Positions 49,552-61,649 of a DNA stretch of 64,000 nucleotides are shown in pieces. Position 1 is the stretch's first letter. Each line of letters begins with the position of its first letter. The stretch is taken from contig OZ116712.1 of assembly GCA_964199315.1 (NCBI GenBank), positions 8,680,001 through 8,744,000 of the forward strand. The letters run 5' to 3'. This stretch comes from Orbicella franksi (Eukaryota). The notes beneath the pieces are model-generated. The model was not told the origin of the DNA. It was given only the letters and a program-made list of their open reading frames with translations, and did no database searches. Made by a program: the position numbers and the translations under genes.

Positions 49552-49848
49552 TTAAGTATGCCCTCGAGCCTATTGGCCCAACGGGCCTTATAGCCAACTT
49601 TCGCATTATGAGGCAACTTAGGGTAATTTTACTCCATCTTACTCCCTTGGTGGGATGCTAGTCCATCGCAGGATTACCCTCGAGCATTTTATATTCGCCG
49701 GTACCCCGTTTATACACCTGGGTGGAGTGAGGCACTGTGAGAGCAAAGTGTATTGCCCAAGAACACAACACTATGTCCCCAGCCAGGGCTAGAAACCGGA
49801 AGAGACGATGAAGAATCCTGTGCACAAACTATTGGGCCACAGCACCTC
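49552..49848 (-). mobile_element. tRNA-derived SINE (degenerate relative at ~45250..45420)
   Basis: GGGATGCTAGTCCATCGCAGG...TATACACCTGGGTGGAG.GAGGCACTGTGAGAG.AAAGTGT.TTGCCCAAGAACACAAC body; B-box remnant near 49790. Family recognised from memory. Confidence 0.65.
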
Positions 49849-50292
49849 TGGGCGGGTGACATTACGGACACCAATTTGTTTGTTTTCAGAGAAAATGGCT
49901 TTCACACTCCACTTACTTGTCAGCAGAGAAGAACAGAGAGAAATCTGTAAAAGAGAGAGAAAAATATTAATAATTTCGCACAAAAACACCAGTAGACAAA
50001 CAAAACAGTCGATTGATTGAAATTTACCTGGCATATTTTTTAATAGAAGTAATAATGTTTGACTATCGCCAAAAGTCTCTTCGCCTTCAGATCCAGGTTT
50101 GTCGATTTCTTTGCTCACTTCAAAGTTTCCAATAGAGCGTGTACAAATCATCTTAAATTTACTGTACGGTGTTTGATTATCGACTGTTCAGAGCCGCCTC
50201 TGCCAAAAGGCGGTATGATACTCAAAAAGTGTGGGAATGAGATTGTGTGCAAGGACCAAGAGACAGCAACGAATTGTAGGCTTTAACTAACA

Positions 50293-50469
50293 ATAGGCTA
50301 TTTGCGAGTTACCTTATGTCTCTGTTTATAAACGAGTCCTCATGCAAAGGCTTTCATGTGAAATGAGTTTGATTTGCATGAAAATGAATTAAGCTGTAGC
50401 AGGAACCATTTTCATATGAATGGTTTCGTCCGAAGACTCGTTTTGACACAGAGGTCGGAAATGGCCTAT
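50293..50469. mobile_element. Short MITE with ATAGGC..GCCTAT ends
   Basis: Terminal inverted CAATAGGC / GCCTATTG; same end motif as 31921..32118. Confidence 0.5.
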
Positions 50470-52784
50470 TGATCCTCAATTCGGTAGTCAAGGTAACTAC
50501 TACTCACAAGAAAACACCAAATCTAAAACATAACAGGTTAGATTTGGTTGTTTTGAAAACAAGTCGTCAACCGGAAAATTGTCCATTAAAGTGTTTAAAT
50601 CCAGTAAATAAACGTCGATAACGTCGGCTTGTTGGGGAATTGCTACTTATGAAAAATTGATTCCTGTAAAATTGTAGTTAGTTTCCTACATCATGAGTCA
50701 GACAAAAGATCTTAGAATCGTATCCATCAATACTTTAAAAATTCTCGCCATACATGTGCCTATACACGTAACATTTCTAATCATCTTAATTACAGCAATT
50801 CTCTTTACTAAGGGAATAATCTAACGAAATCACAGACGGGAAGGTTTATATTTCCAGTCACTTCGTTTCATTAACCAAGTCGACTGAGTCATGGCAATTG
50901 TAAAAAGAAAGAAAACATCTTTCGTTGCACCAAAAGGAAAATATAATTAAACACCAGTTAAACTTTGAGAACCCGATTATTATTATTCTGGAAAAATAAA
51001 ATTATTTCCCTAGCTGTTTTGTACAGTTGCATGAATGGCTTTTTACATCTAACCGGTAAGAAGTCATTCCTTTAAGGAACGTTTAAAATCATTAAAAAAA
51101 ATGGTTGTTGCAGTTTCTAAATACGTTTACCTATACAAACGCCGGTGTCTTTATTTACGATTAAACAGGTAAACGGTGTTTATTTGTCAACTTAATTCTT
51201 CTTTTCTTTAAAAATCGCTCGCTACGTAGGTCCTCAATGATACATAAAAGTTACGTGAAATTAAAACGAAATTGTTGACCTGTTAAGTTTTTCAGTGTTT
51301 TCGACTCTATTCAATCAAATTAGTGATAGGTAGTTCCCAAATTGTCCAACAGATGAAAAAGCTAAGCAAAAACTGATCAGTAGCTGAATCTTGAATAAAA
51401 GGTGTACTGAGAGAGTTAAAAAAAGTCTCCATTTAGCTATAAGATCATGCTCCAAAGAAAAAGAAAATTGGATTGACGACGAGTAAACCGCTAATTTTTT
51501 TTTCCAATAAATTCTCCATTGTTTAAGTATGGTGGACACGATTTCCCTGTTGAGTCACATATTGACCCATTGAGATTGCTTTGGGTACCTTCCGAAAGAA
51601 ACTAATTAGTTTCAAAAGTTAAGTAAAAACGACATAGGGAAAATAGAAGTCGGTGAATCAATTTTAAGGACGGTTTCTCTACGGATGTTGAAACACTATT
51701 TGAAAACAAAATTTAAGAGATCATCAGTTTAGACAGAAAACAATATATTTACATTGTATCAGCGTAAATCTTGCCTCCGACAGTAATTTTCTAGCATATT
51801 TCAGTACGTCTTAAATAAATCCTATAACCAAAAACAGGAGTTAAATTTCCTTTCCAGAAAGCAATCCCTATTAGCCATGACCCCACTGACGAACAGCAAC
51901 AAAAATAGTCTCACTTTGCCAATTAAGGTTAGAAAAAGTAAAAAAGTAATGAAATTTAAAAAGTACTGGAATTTTTGAGTATATATATGTAGGTATGTAT
52001 ATAAAGTTTTCTAACGTTCTCGGATTTTTTAAGAAAGGCGGCAACGAAAGCCCAACCTTTTCTTTTTTGAACTAAGGCGCCATTACAAAATCTGAGGCTT
52101 GATTTTCAAAGGGTATACAACAAAAGAGAAAACGTCGATTATTTTTTAAACTAAATCGCATAGACTGACATACAGACCGAGCGGAGGAGGAATCACGGGC
52201 GGGTTAATCAGAAACAGCTTGACGTTTAAAATGTCAAGGGGCATCTCCAGCGGCTTAAAAATTTACAACATTTATCATGTTTATGGCGTACGCGACATGC
52301 TACCACAAGACAAGTAGAGTGACCAATGAAGCGTGCGACGGCGCATTTATTCCGAAACGGTGGCAAAACCGCTTTAAGATTCGCGCCCTTTTTGGCAAGG
52401 CGTGAATCGCACGTCTTGCCACCCGCGATTTTTTCCCGCGTCTCAGTTAGGTCATATTACATAATAACCAAATATCAGGTGGTGCTATTGACTTTCGCAC
52501 AAAACATCAATTTCAACCAACCAGGGGTAAGTATACTGTCGCCATGACAATTGAGGAAGGGACCAGATGGAGTCTCAACATGACATCAATCCGTTGGCAT
52601 GGCATTACTCACTGGTCAGGAACGAGGCGTTTGTTAAACTGCCTCCCGCCGATTTCTACCCCGGCGGCCCGAGGGTGGAACAAGCCAAACAAAAACCAAC
52701 CATCCATGTTAGTTTCCTTGGGCGACAGGACCAAACTCGCAATGTGAAGGAGTTGAAAGGAAAGCGTGACGTAGAGTAGTTTAG

Positions 52785-53876
52785 ATGGAGGAAGCGAGCG
52801 ATACACCCTTTTATCAGGATGAAGGGATTTCATCGCACATTATTTCGCCGTATCTCTTCGACAAGTCGACCTTGCACTTGAATTTACAACCTTTGGCGGA
52901 GGATCCCAAAATTGGAGATTTAAAAAAACATGCAACGCCCTCAGAGCTCCGCTCGCCCGATCTGGGTCTGCTTAAGCTGGGTTCGCCCGAACTGGAAAAA
53001 ATGATCATGTCTTTGCAGGGAAATGTCACGGCGGGACCGAACCCTAGCTCACTCTTTAACTCGAACGTTCACGCAACGGTTCACACGGATCACGATCCCG
53101 AACCGTATTCACGTGGATTCACTGATGCGTTGCAAGACCTTCACGATCGACAGATCACAAGAGAATCTTCCCTTATAGATTTAGCAGACAATGCGCCGGA
53201 GTCTGCGGACCCATTTCTGGGGCATACCACGGTAGGAAATGCATCGTTTTTGGCGACGGTACCTGCGTCCACTTTACGGTCTTCTGCGGACGGGGTTGTT
53301 TATTCTTCAAACACTTCGCGTGTGGAGGCAAGCGATTTCTTTGCGAACAACGGAAGCGCCTACTCCGCTACGGTAAAAGGAGGTACAATTTATCCTTATT
53401 CTACCTCTACTGCGCCGAGTTACACGACCTTATACTCGTATCCATCGGAAAATGCCCCGTATTCTGCCTATCATGATTTTAATATGGAAAACTCGGCGAC
53501 TCTGCGGGCTTTTGCGTCGTATAATAGCGCGCTCGCGCAGGAAAAACCGGAATTGTCTGGTTACAAACTGGAAAATCAAGCACAGATGGTTTCGGAACAC
53601 GGAGCTTTACAACCTATTGATCTGGAAGTCCAAGAGATCGTTAAACGCGAAAGAAAAAAGCAGAGGAACAGAATCGCCTCGTCTAAGTGCCGGAAAAGAA
53701 AGCTGGAGCGTGAAGCGAGGTTGGAAACAAGAGTTAAAGAACTGAAAGAGAGGAATATTGAATTGAATGCTGTTGCGAACGCGCTCAAACAGCAAGTCTG
53801 TGATTTAAAACAGAGAGTCATGGATCATGTGAATGAAGGTTGCCAAATTATGCTCGCTCACCAATCCCAAATGTAG
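52785..53876 (+). CDS. jun: Jun-family AP-1 bZIP transcription factor, intronless ORF, 363 aa
   Basis: TPFYQDE N-terminus; [20 protein letters not shown] (JNK sites); [11 protein letters not shown]; QPIDLEVQE...[17 protein letters not shown] + leucine zipper; HVNEGCQ end. Confidence 0.97.
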   Translation: MEEASDTPFYQDEGISSHIISPYLFDKSTLHLNLQPLAEDPKIGDLKKHATPSELRSPDLGLLKLGSPELEKMIMSLQGNVTAGPNPSSLFNSNVHATVHTDHDPEPYSRGFTDALQDLHDRQITRESSLIDLADNAPESADPFLGHTTVGNASFLATVPASTLRSSADGVVYSSNTSRVEASDFFANNGSAYSATVKGGTIYPYSTSTAPSYTTLYSYPSENAPYSAYHDFNMENSATLRAFASYNSALAQEKPELSGYKLENQAQMVSEHGALQPIDLEVQEIVKRERKKQRNRIASSKCRKRKLEREARLETRVKELKERNIELNAVANALKQQVCDLKQRVMDHVNEGCQIMLAHQSQM

Positions 53877-56019
53877 CCTACAGGTAACTTTATTGATTGT
53901 CAGGTAGGTGTTAAAATAACAGTTGTTGACATGCGAGCTAGACAGCCGTAAAATCACCGTATCAATCAAATACAAACTTCGCGGGTACGTCTTTTAAATT
54001 TAAGGCTCGCGGGAACATTTTAAGGCTCCTTCTCGCTGCCTTCGGTTAAAGTAATATCATTGATAAATATGTTTTCTCTTTTCTTGCAATGGAACAGATT
54101 TAATAACTGTCAAGTTGCTTTAATTGGAGAATTACCTCATCAGAGAAGTATATATAAAGAAATTCACTGTAAATAAGCTACTTCACGAAACGAATAATTT
54201 TAGATTTCCACTGGAAAGATTAAGAAGTATATTCCAGCATTATAAGCTTGGTTTAGATTGATCCTTTATCCATAGGATAATTCTTCAGCAGTTGCGATAT
54301 GTGACGGTCTTATTCTAACGCTTTTGCGCATGCGCAAAATAGAACACTTTCCGCTTAGCCGCCACGAAGACTCAAGGGAGCCAAAATGGTTTTCCTACAG
54401 TGTGATGATAGGTCATTTTCGAAATTTTTGATGTCTTAATTACTTTTGAGGCTTACTGTAACCGGAAGAAAAATGTCGACTGGTTAAGTGAAGTATTTGA
54501 AGTTATTTCATCTGAGCCTAGGGCCGGGTCACGTTGATATTTTAATATTGTATTTCATCTATTATGTTTCCTCTTCCTGTAAGCCCCCTATAGGAAAAGA
54601 ATCGTAAACAAGCACGTAGCCTCGAACAGTATTGCGTGCCATTTTTTCTCTCTCTTTTTCTTCTCTCCAGAACTTGCTGCTATTTGTCATGGTCATGGAG
54701 CTTCTCCTCATATGAGCAATAAATAATAAAAATGAAGAGAATTTCATAGGGAAGAAAACAATATTTCGATTATTTTTCTTTTCGTTTAGCACTTAACGAA
54801 AGGAATTGGACTCAAAACAAATTACTCTTTTACCCCGCAATTAGTTATCATCGCCCACAGAGGGGGATTCTTTAAAACAAAAGATTCCTCGTATAAGATC
54901 GACTAAACGACATCTTGACAAAGAAACATTTTCCTCCTTTGAGTCTTAGTACTAATAACGTGCCACGCCGTTGTGACTCTCGATATAGTTTTGAATTCAT
55001 TTTTGACATTGTCTTGGTTTATGTATTTTGGTTTATTTATGCTTGACCAATCTCGGTAGGCTTTTGTACATTATGCTATACAAACATTTATGAAGCATTT
55101 CAGAGAGGTAAAGCCTTAAAATAAGCTAGTTTTTAAGTGACTTTTGACGGACAACTAGCATGTAAGCCGCCGACTCTCCACCTGTGTTCAAAGGAAGAAA
55201 GGAAAAAGGAAAATGAATTACCCCCTTTTTTCTTTCTTCATGCAACCTGACATCTTAACATTTACACGTTTTAGAGAATATTATTGATAAAAGTGTGGAG
55301 GTTTTTCTAGAAAGAGAGTCAAAAATCTAATTTTATTTTAGTTCTCCTGACTAATTGAGAACCTGCAGAGGATTGCAGAGAGATAAGAAATGACATTGTT
55401 CTTATGCTTTCTCAGGAACAGTGCATGAAACGCTGAAAACAACAATCCCATGTTTAACGAGCTTTGTTTTTGGCATCTTAGAGACATTTTCTTGAATAAT
55501 GCAATAAATATTTTAGGCAGAGGGAAGAGGAAAGCCGAAAACCAAAGTATGATGTACAAAAGTTTACTGTTATTCAACAATTTATCAAAGTCAACGGAGT
55601 GGCAACGCAACAGCATAAACGGTCGCTGATATTTTCTTATTGAGATTTTCGTCCGGGTAGAAAATTTGCACATAATTTATTTTTGCTACGATTGTAAATA
55701 AATTTCAAACGTTTATTTTTGTGTTGGTTTGAATTACTAGCTGATAGAAAAGCTCTTTGCTTATAGAATTATTTTTCCTAACAATTCTCTTGTTGAGAAA
55801 TTAAGAATAAATTTGTGTCGAAATTCCGCAACAAAAGGGTTTAACTATTTAAACGTGTAATGTAGAACATTTTAAGGAGTTACCATACGGTATTTTAAGT
55901 CAGTTTTTGATGTACAGCATTGCTTTCAATTCGAAGAAAGCTAAAATAGTCTTCTATGGTAGGAAACCACCAAAGGAGGAGCTATCAACGGAAAATAAGG
56001 AGGGTTGAGAGGAAGGAAG

Positions 56020-56315
56020 CCGGGGGGGGGGGAATTTCCATATAGAAAGGACGGGGATGCTCGTGGAAAATTTTGAAAAAAAAATACCTAAGAAGTACCA
56101 AGATCCTTTTTGGGGGCGTTGCTTGAAATGTTTTTCACCCCTAAGAGGTACCAATTTTAATACAACACATTGTGTCCTGTCGCAAAAGCTCCCGCTGTGG
56201 ACCCTCTGAGGCTGAACACAGTAAGAAGTAACCAAAACCGCGTTTTTAACCCCTTAAGGGTACAACGAGCACCCCCGTTCTATGGGAGTCACCCCGCTCC
56301 CCCCCTCCCCGCGGG
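56020..56315. mobile_element. MITE-like interspersed repeat with G-run/C-run ends
   Basis: CCGGGGGGGG... and ...CCCCCTCCCCGCGGG ends; internal CCCCTAAGAGGTACC motif resembling the 8959 MITE interior. Confidence 0.45.
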
Positions 56316-56908
56316 AGGAACATCAAGAGATATCTAAAAAAAGTAGGCCAGTGGCTTCAAGATGCACCTTCCTTGAAGTAACCACTTTAAATTTCGTACA
56401 CCCTATTGATATTGAAGACCTAGCGAGGATTCTTAGGCAAATGAGGCACAAAATACAGTTTTGTTTGAAAATCTTATTCAGATTCTAATAACTGTAATTT
56501 AAAGGAAAAAAGTGTTTCTCATGCCGGCATGGAAAGTACCTTGCGCAAATTTACGACGCAATTTTTTTCATGCTAACAAGATGGGATGTAAAACTGTTAT
56601 GTTAAACTGTTAACAAAACCCTACTGCAAATAGTTAAGTAGGAGGGATAGTGTACGAGAAATAGTATCATGTAAAACAGTTTAAGACTACATTAGCTTAT
56701 ATTGCATGCTTGATGTAATGCTCTATTATGCATGTGTAAGGTTATTTTAATAGAAACTCGCTCTCATATATCATTGGTTAAAAGATAATCGAATTTTTTG
56801 TATTTCATACACTTAGTAAATAGTCCCAGTATACTCAAAATCGGACAATATATATCAAATTATATCACATGTCCTTTAAGTCACATTATTAACCGCAAGA
56901 AGTTATTT

Positions 56909-57084
56909 TAGGATGCGTTCCTATGGAGTGATCTGGATCAGGAGTTATGATCCATGATTGGTCGCAGTGAATCAAAGAAAGCAAAGACTCCACTCTAGAC
57001 AAGGATTCATCGTTTCCTTTGATTCACCAAGATCCAAGTGATTGTGGTAAATCCTGATCCAGATCATCCTAAAGGAACACACTA
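56909..57084. mobile_element. Palindromic MITE
   Basis: TAGGATGCGTTCCTATGGAGTGATCTGGATCAGGA / TCCTGATCCAGATCATCCTAAAGGAACACACTA. Confidence 0.6.
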
Positions 57085-58334
57085 TAATAGACATATATAG
57101 ACCAGAGAGCTTTTTACATAGGGTAAGCCTTGCTTTGATTTTACTTTAGATTTAGGGTGTTAGAAATCCTAAGCATCTATCTAAAATGTTTACCTTAAAG
57201 CCATCAATTAACTAAATAGGTAGTGAAATGCTAGCATTTCTGTAAAATTGTGGCTATGGAATAACTGCAATTGTAACAAAAAGTCAATGGTATCAATAAA
57301 AAATCAGACTTGAATGAGAAACGTATGTTATCAATCTAACTCAATCTAGTGGAGTCTCTTAACTGTGCCTATCCCGCTATTTACGGAGGTTGAACTTCAG
57401 CAAAACCGGGTCACTCTTCCCCTTCTGGGTTCAACCTCTATCTAAAGGAGAAGGGAACGTTCAGGGACTGGACTCAGTCAGTATGCCAATAAGTAGTAAG
57501 TCGCACGAGGATGCCACCCCCCTCCACCCTCCAGCCCGTTTCTAATATATCCCCTCAGGTCGATGGTAGACAATAAAATTCCAAACATAACACATGATTA
57601 TTGTGGGAGTAACTTTATATAGTGCTTTAAGCTTCCGTTTAGAGTTATCCTCACGCTAAATTGGATTGATTCAAATACGGAGCTTTTCGGAAAAGTGTTA
57701 GACACGGTGCAAGATTTAGCTACATAAATGTTCTGTTTGCATTTTTACGTCCGTTGTTCGTTAGTAGAAAATGAAAGGCATATTTCCTATTTTGTGCTCC
57801 ACTCAGAAAGAAGAGAAGCATTCGTTTTAACAATAAATAACAAATTCATTGTTTTGTTTTTTCCTCTTCTATCCCAAGTAGAAAAACACACATCTGTCAA
57901 TAAGTCAAATCAAAGAACGTACACGCTTCAACGCAAATCTCTCAAACTAAAAGATGAGTATCCAAAAAAGTTTCGGAGCCTTAACATTTGAATTAACTAT
58001 CTATTACATTTAAGAGTTAATTCGTATTCTTTCGGCATATTTTGCCGAAAGCTCTTTAAAGTTTTGAAAGAAAAGCTTAAGAGGAAATTTTCTATCGAAG
58101 TAACTCGAAAGAATTTAGAAACCTATCCTTGATAAACTTCGACGGCAAACATATATAGACTTTTTAATTGAAGCTAAGTTTCTTCAAAATCCTGTAAAGA
58201 TTTGTTTCGACCTCTACAGAGACGACTAAACAGTTTTGAGAAGGCTAAACGCCAACTAACTTACCTAAATAATTGTGGTCGAGACAGCAGCAAAAATGTA
58301 GAAATTTTCAAAAATAATACGACTTTTTTAATTT

Positions 58335-58377
58335 TCACAAACATGTTTCGACGGTACATCCGTCATCATCAGTGTGA
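58335..58377 (-). ncRNA. Minimal type I hammerhead ribozyme, intact core
   Basis: Minus strand: TCACA-CTGATGA-T-GACGG(ATGTA)CCGTC-GAAA-CAT-GTT^-TGTGA. Confidence 0.75.
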
Positions 58378-58910
58378 CGGTTATGAAAGTTTACAGTGAT
58401 TTAAAACGTGCCTGTTACAAATCATACGTTACATTGCGTTGGAAAACAATACGCTAGAAAGATCCTCTCCCTGACAGGCTCTGTACGCGCATCGTGTACA
58501 AATTTTCTTATGCAAGCTGTTATGCTTGTTACGTTGGCGAAACAAGCCGACATTTCTCCACGCGCGTGCACGAGCACTTGTCATCGGACAGATCTTCTCA
58601 CGTTTATAAGCACTTGCAGGCTTCAGAGTCGTACCGTACCTCATGTAACTTAGACTGCTTCAAGATCTTAGACTCTGCACCTACCAAGTACCAAGTTAAG
58701 CTTAAGGAGTCATGTACATCAAGTGGGAAAAGCCTGACCTTAATCAACAGGTCAATCACATCAATTTGACGCTTTCCCTATAGCTGCACGCGCACGCGCA
58801 TCTTTTAACTCCGTTAACTTCGAGATTTATCTAACGTATTGTTTTCCAACGCAATGTAACGTATGATTTGTAACAGGCACGTTTTAAATCACTGTAAACT
58901 TTCATAACCG

Positions 58911-58953
58911 TCACACTGACGATGACGGGTGTACCGTCGAAGCATGTTTGTGA
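58911..58953 (+). ncRNA. Hammerhead copy with a GAAA>GAAG core change (probably inactive)
   Basis: TCACA-CTGACGA-T-GACGG(GTGTA)CCGTC-GAAG-CAT-GTT-TGTGA. Confidence 0.65.
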
Positions 58954-59247
58954 AAATTAAAAAAGTCGTATTATTTTTGAAAATTTCTAAATAATTGTCC
59001 TTTCAAGGCGATGTCAAAGCATTTGGTGTTTTTCCATAAATTTTGAATAGTTCAAGGTTATTTCCACAATAACCTTATCTTCTCCTTCCTTCATATGAAA
59101 TAACAAACGACAGAAAATTCCAGGAAAAGAAAAATAGAGAAACTTCAAGCACACTGCGTTGAAAGTCTGTCTCTTACTTCCAACGGCAGCAATGTTTTTT
59201 CTCTCCACTTCGAGTTGCTTAGTAACCGTCGATTACATGGTAACAGA

Positions 59248-59325
59248 TGACGTCAATGACGTATGAAACGACGCAAGGCAAACGTCACGCAATTTCAATC
59301 CGAATCACACACTCGTCGATTGGCT
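59248..59325. promoter_or_regulatory. Cluster of CRE/ATF-type motifs plus a CCAAT box
   Basis: TGACGTCA (59248-59255), TGACGTAT, AACGTCAC and ATTGG within ~80 bp. Confidence 0.35.
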
Positions 59326-61085
59326 GGCATGTAAATTCTAATAACCTTTTTATTTCTTTTACAAATAACATTTTCTTAATCAAATCCAACCTAAAACCTT
59401 CTAGTAATAAAACGTTTTTTCCGCTCAATTTTTTTAGTCCAATCTCTTTCATGGTCGGACGGATTACGTGACACACACCTTTGGAAGTGGAGGTGTCTTG
59501 TTGAGATCCAGGAGATCGTTGTGGCCGCATGTTATTTAGTTATTTTGCCCTTTATTAAAGCCACACTGCAACTTCCAGACTTGTAATGAGCTTCCTCAGT
59601 TGATGCGAACGTCGCAGTTTGTGGACTCACTCGTACAGGCCAATTCACAAGCGAAGAGGCGCACTTCAACAGAATAACCGAGGCATTATTTCTTCTCGCA
59701 ATTAAATTTGAGCCTTGCGGAGCGCGTAAATCGACCTTTCGCTCTCTTTTTTAGTTGTGCATTCGTCTCAAAAGCTATGCGAGATCGGCTTCTGCTTGTC
59801 ATTAAAGCTGGAGTAATAAACAACCAATCAAAAGAGACATACACCGAAGGTGAGTCGAAATCAGAATGGAACTTCTTACCATGAAATACCTGCCTCAACC
59901 TCGGGCGATTATTTTCCGCTGAACATGTATTTAAGGTGCAAAAATGAGTTTGGGTACGAGAAACAGATGAACCGCGCGGGGAATGAAAGGCAATGAGAAG
60001 CTAAAAGTCTGTTTTTCACGAGCGCTAATTTTCTGCTGTTTAATTTTGTCTTGTTTTACACCAAAACTAATCAAATTTTATCCTGAACCCAAAGTAAGTT
60101 GATGGTTAAAAGAAACAAGAACCTAATACGCACAAAGAACCATTTACATTTTCTTCCCCAATATTCAACATAATCATTTTACAATACCTTTCCCATTTAT
60201 TTATATTTTTATTCATTTACTTCTTTATCTGTTTCCTTTTTTTGTTGTTTTTTTTTTATAAATATATGCGGCGTTTACTATAATATTTCAGTTATTTTTA
60301 CTGAGAAATGTTAATTTAGCTATATCCTATTTTGATTTTTATATGTGTAATAAACTCACTAGTATAGCACTCTTATAGCTAAACGTATTTACACAATAAA
60401 TTTGTATTTTATCTTATTCTATTTGCTTGTTTGCTTGTTTATTTCTTTGTTCATTGATCCATCTATTTTTCATTTCTTCATTTGTTTAGTTATCTATCTA
60501 TTTGTTCGGTTGGTCGGTTGCTTGATTATTTCGATTGATAGATCTGTATTCTTCAACCAGTGACTTCTTAGAGTGCATGTCAGTAATTCCTACACTTGTC
60601 TTAAAACGACTCACCACCGTTTGTGACACATTTGTAAAAATAAATGATATTCAATCATCTTATCTTATCTTTTCTGCAACATTAAAAATACGTGAATTGA
60701 AGTGGTCTCTTTAAAACAAGCTAAAAATAGAATTTGAATCTGACTTATGTGAAGTGAAATATAAAAATATATTTCTCTTAGCTAGAATTACTTTCCACAG
60801 CCATAATGAAACATTAACAATTACCGTGAAATATTTTGTTAAGGCTTTAAGACATTCTGAAAACCACTCCAGTAAGTAAACTACTTTTTCCTTCCCGGCC
60901 TGTTGAGGAAAATCGTCAGGATTAAGAGGCAATTTCCATTTCAGGGGCGTGACAGTGTCGTTAGTGTCTCTCAGTTGTTTAAACTTTATAGATCATTGAA
61001 CTGAAAGCCCAAAAATGAGAGAGTAAATTATGTAAAATTTATAATACTAGAACTACTCGTGTAGTGAACTTTTACGCACTTATTT

Positions 61086-61433
61086 AGGCCCCGTCCACTG
61101 TACGTTAGAAAAATTTGAAAACGCAGCTTTATTTCTACGGTTGAGCTTACCGTCCACACCGAAAATCCGTTCCGAAAGCTTTCCGAAAACGCTCTTCAAA
61201 CGAGAGGAATCTGAACTGACACTGGCTGTGCGTTTTAGTGTGGACAGAAAAGGATGTCGCTACAATAACACTGGGATTTCCCTGCCAGAGTTTTCCTCAA
61301 AAGCAAATCTAAAATGGCCGCTGATTGATAGGTTTTCAAATTTCTCCGGCGAAATGTGGATGGAAAACATTTGATGCGCTTTCGGAGAGAAAACGGCATT
61401 TACAATTTTCTCCGGTGTAATGGGGAAGGGACC
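61086..61433. mobile_element. Degenerate Harbinger-type MITE
   Basis: Starts TTT-AGGCCCCGTCCAC and ends with a decayed GGGGAAGGGACCT; internal CCGAAAACG/TTTTCTCCGG motifs. Confidence 0.5.
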
Positions 61434-61649
61434 TCAATATTCAGTTGGCTTGTCCAACAAATCTACCATGTATCTCCTGACAGGTGATAAGTATGAGAGC
61501 TAGTTATTAAAAAGAAAAAAAAACATATCTAATACAACGAATTCGCGAGTTAGGTTCAATGCAAAATCATTGCGCCACCACATCTGACCATGTTCGTAAA
61601 AGCTAAGAACCTTCTTCGATACCAACCTTGCTGTGACGAGTGAAGAAAC

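Larger units (their letters stand above)
58299..58988 (+). mobile_element. Penelope remnant: GIY-YIG C-terminal fragment between ~160-bp inverted terminal copies
   Basis: 58299..58458 is the reverse complement of 58830..58988. The spacer encodes CYVGETSRHFSTRVHEHL...FKILDSA...KLKES. Confidence 0.85.

Noticed and set aside
54132-54339. TTACCTCA (jun2-like site) and the palindrome TTTTGCGCATGCGCAAAA (NRF1-like) downstream of jun
   Set aside because: Isolated short motifs expected by chance or common in repeats; no supporting context.
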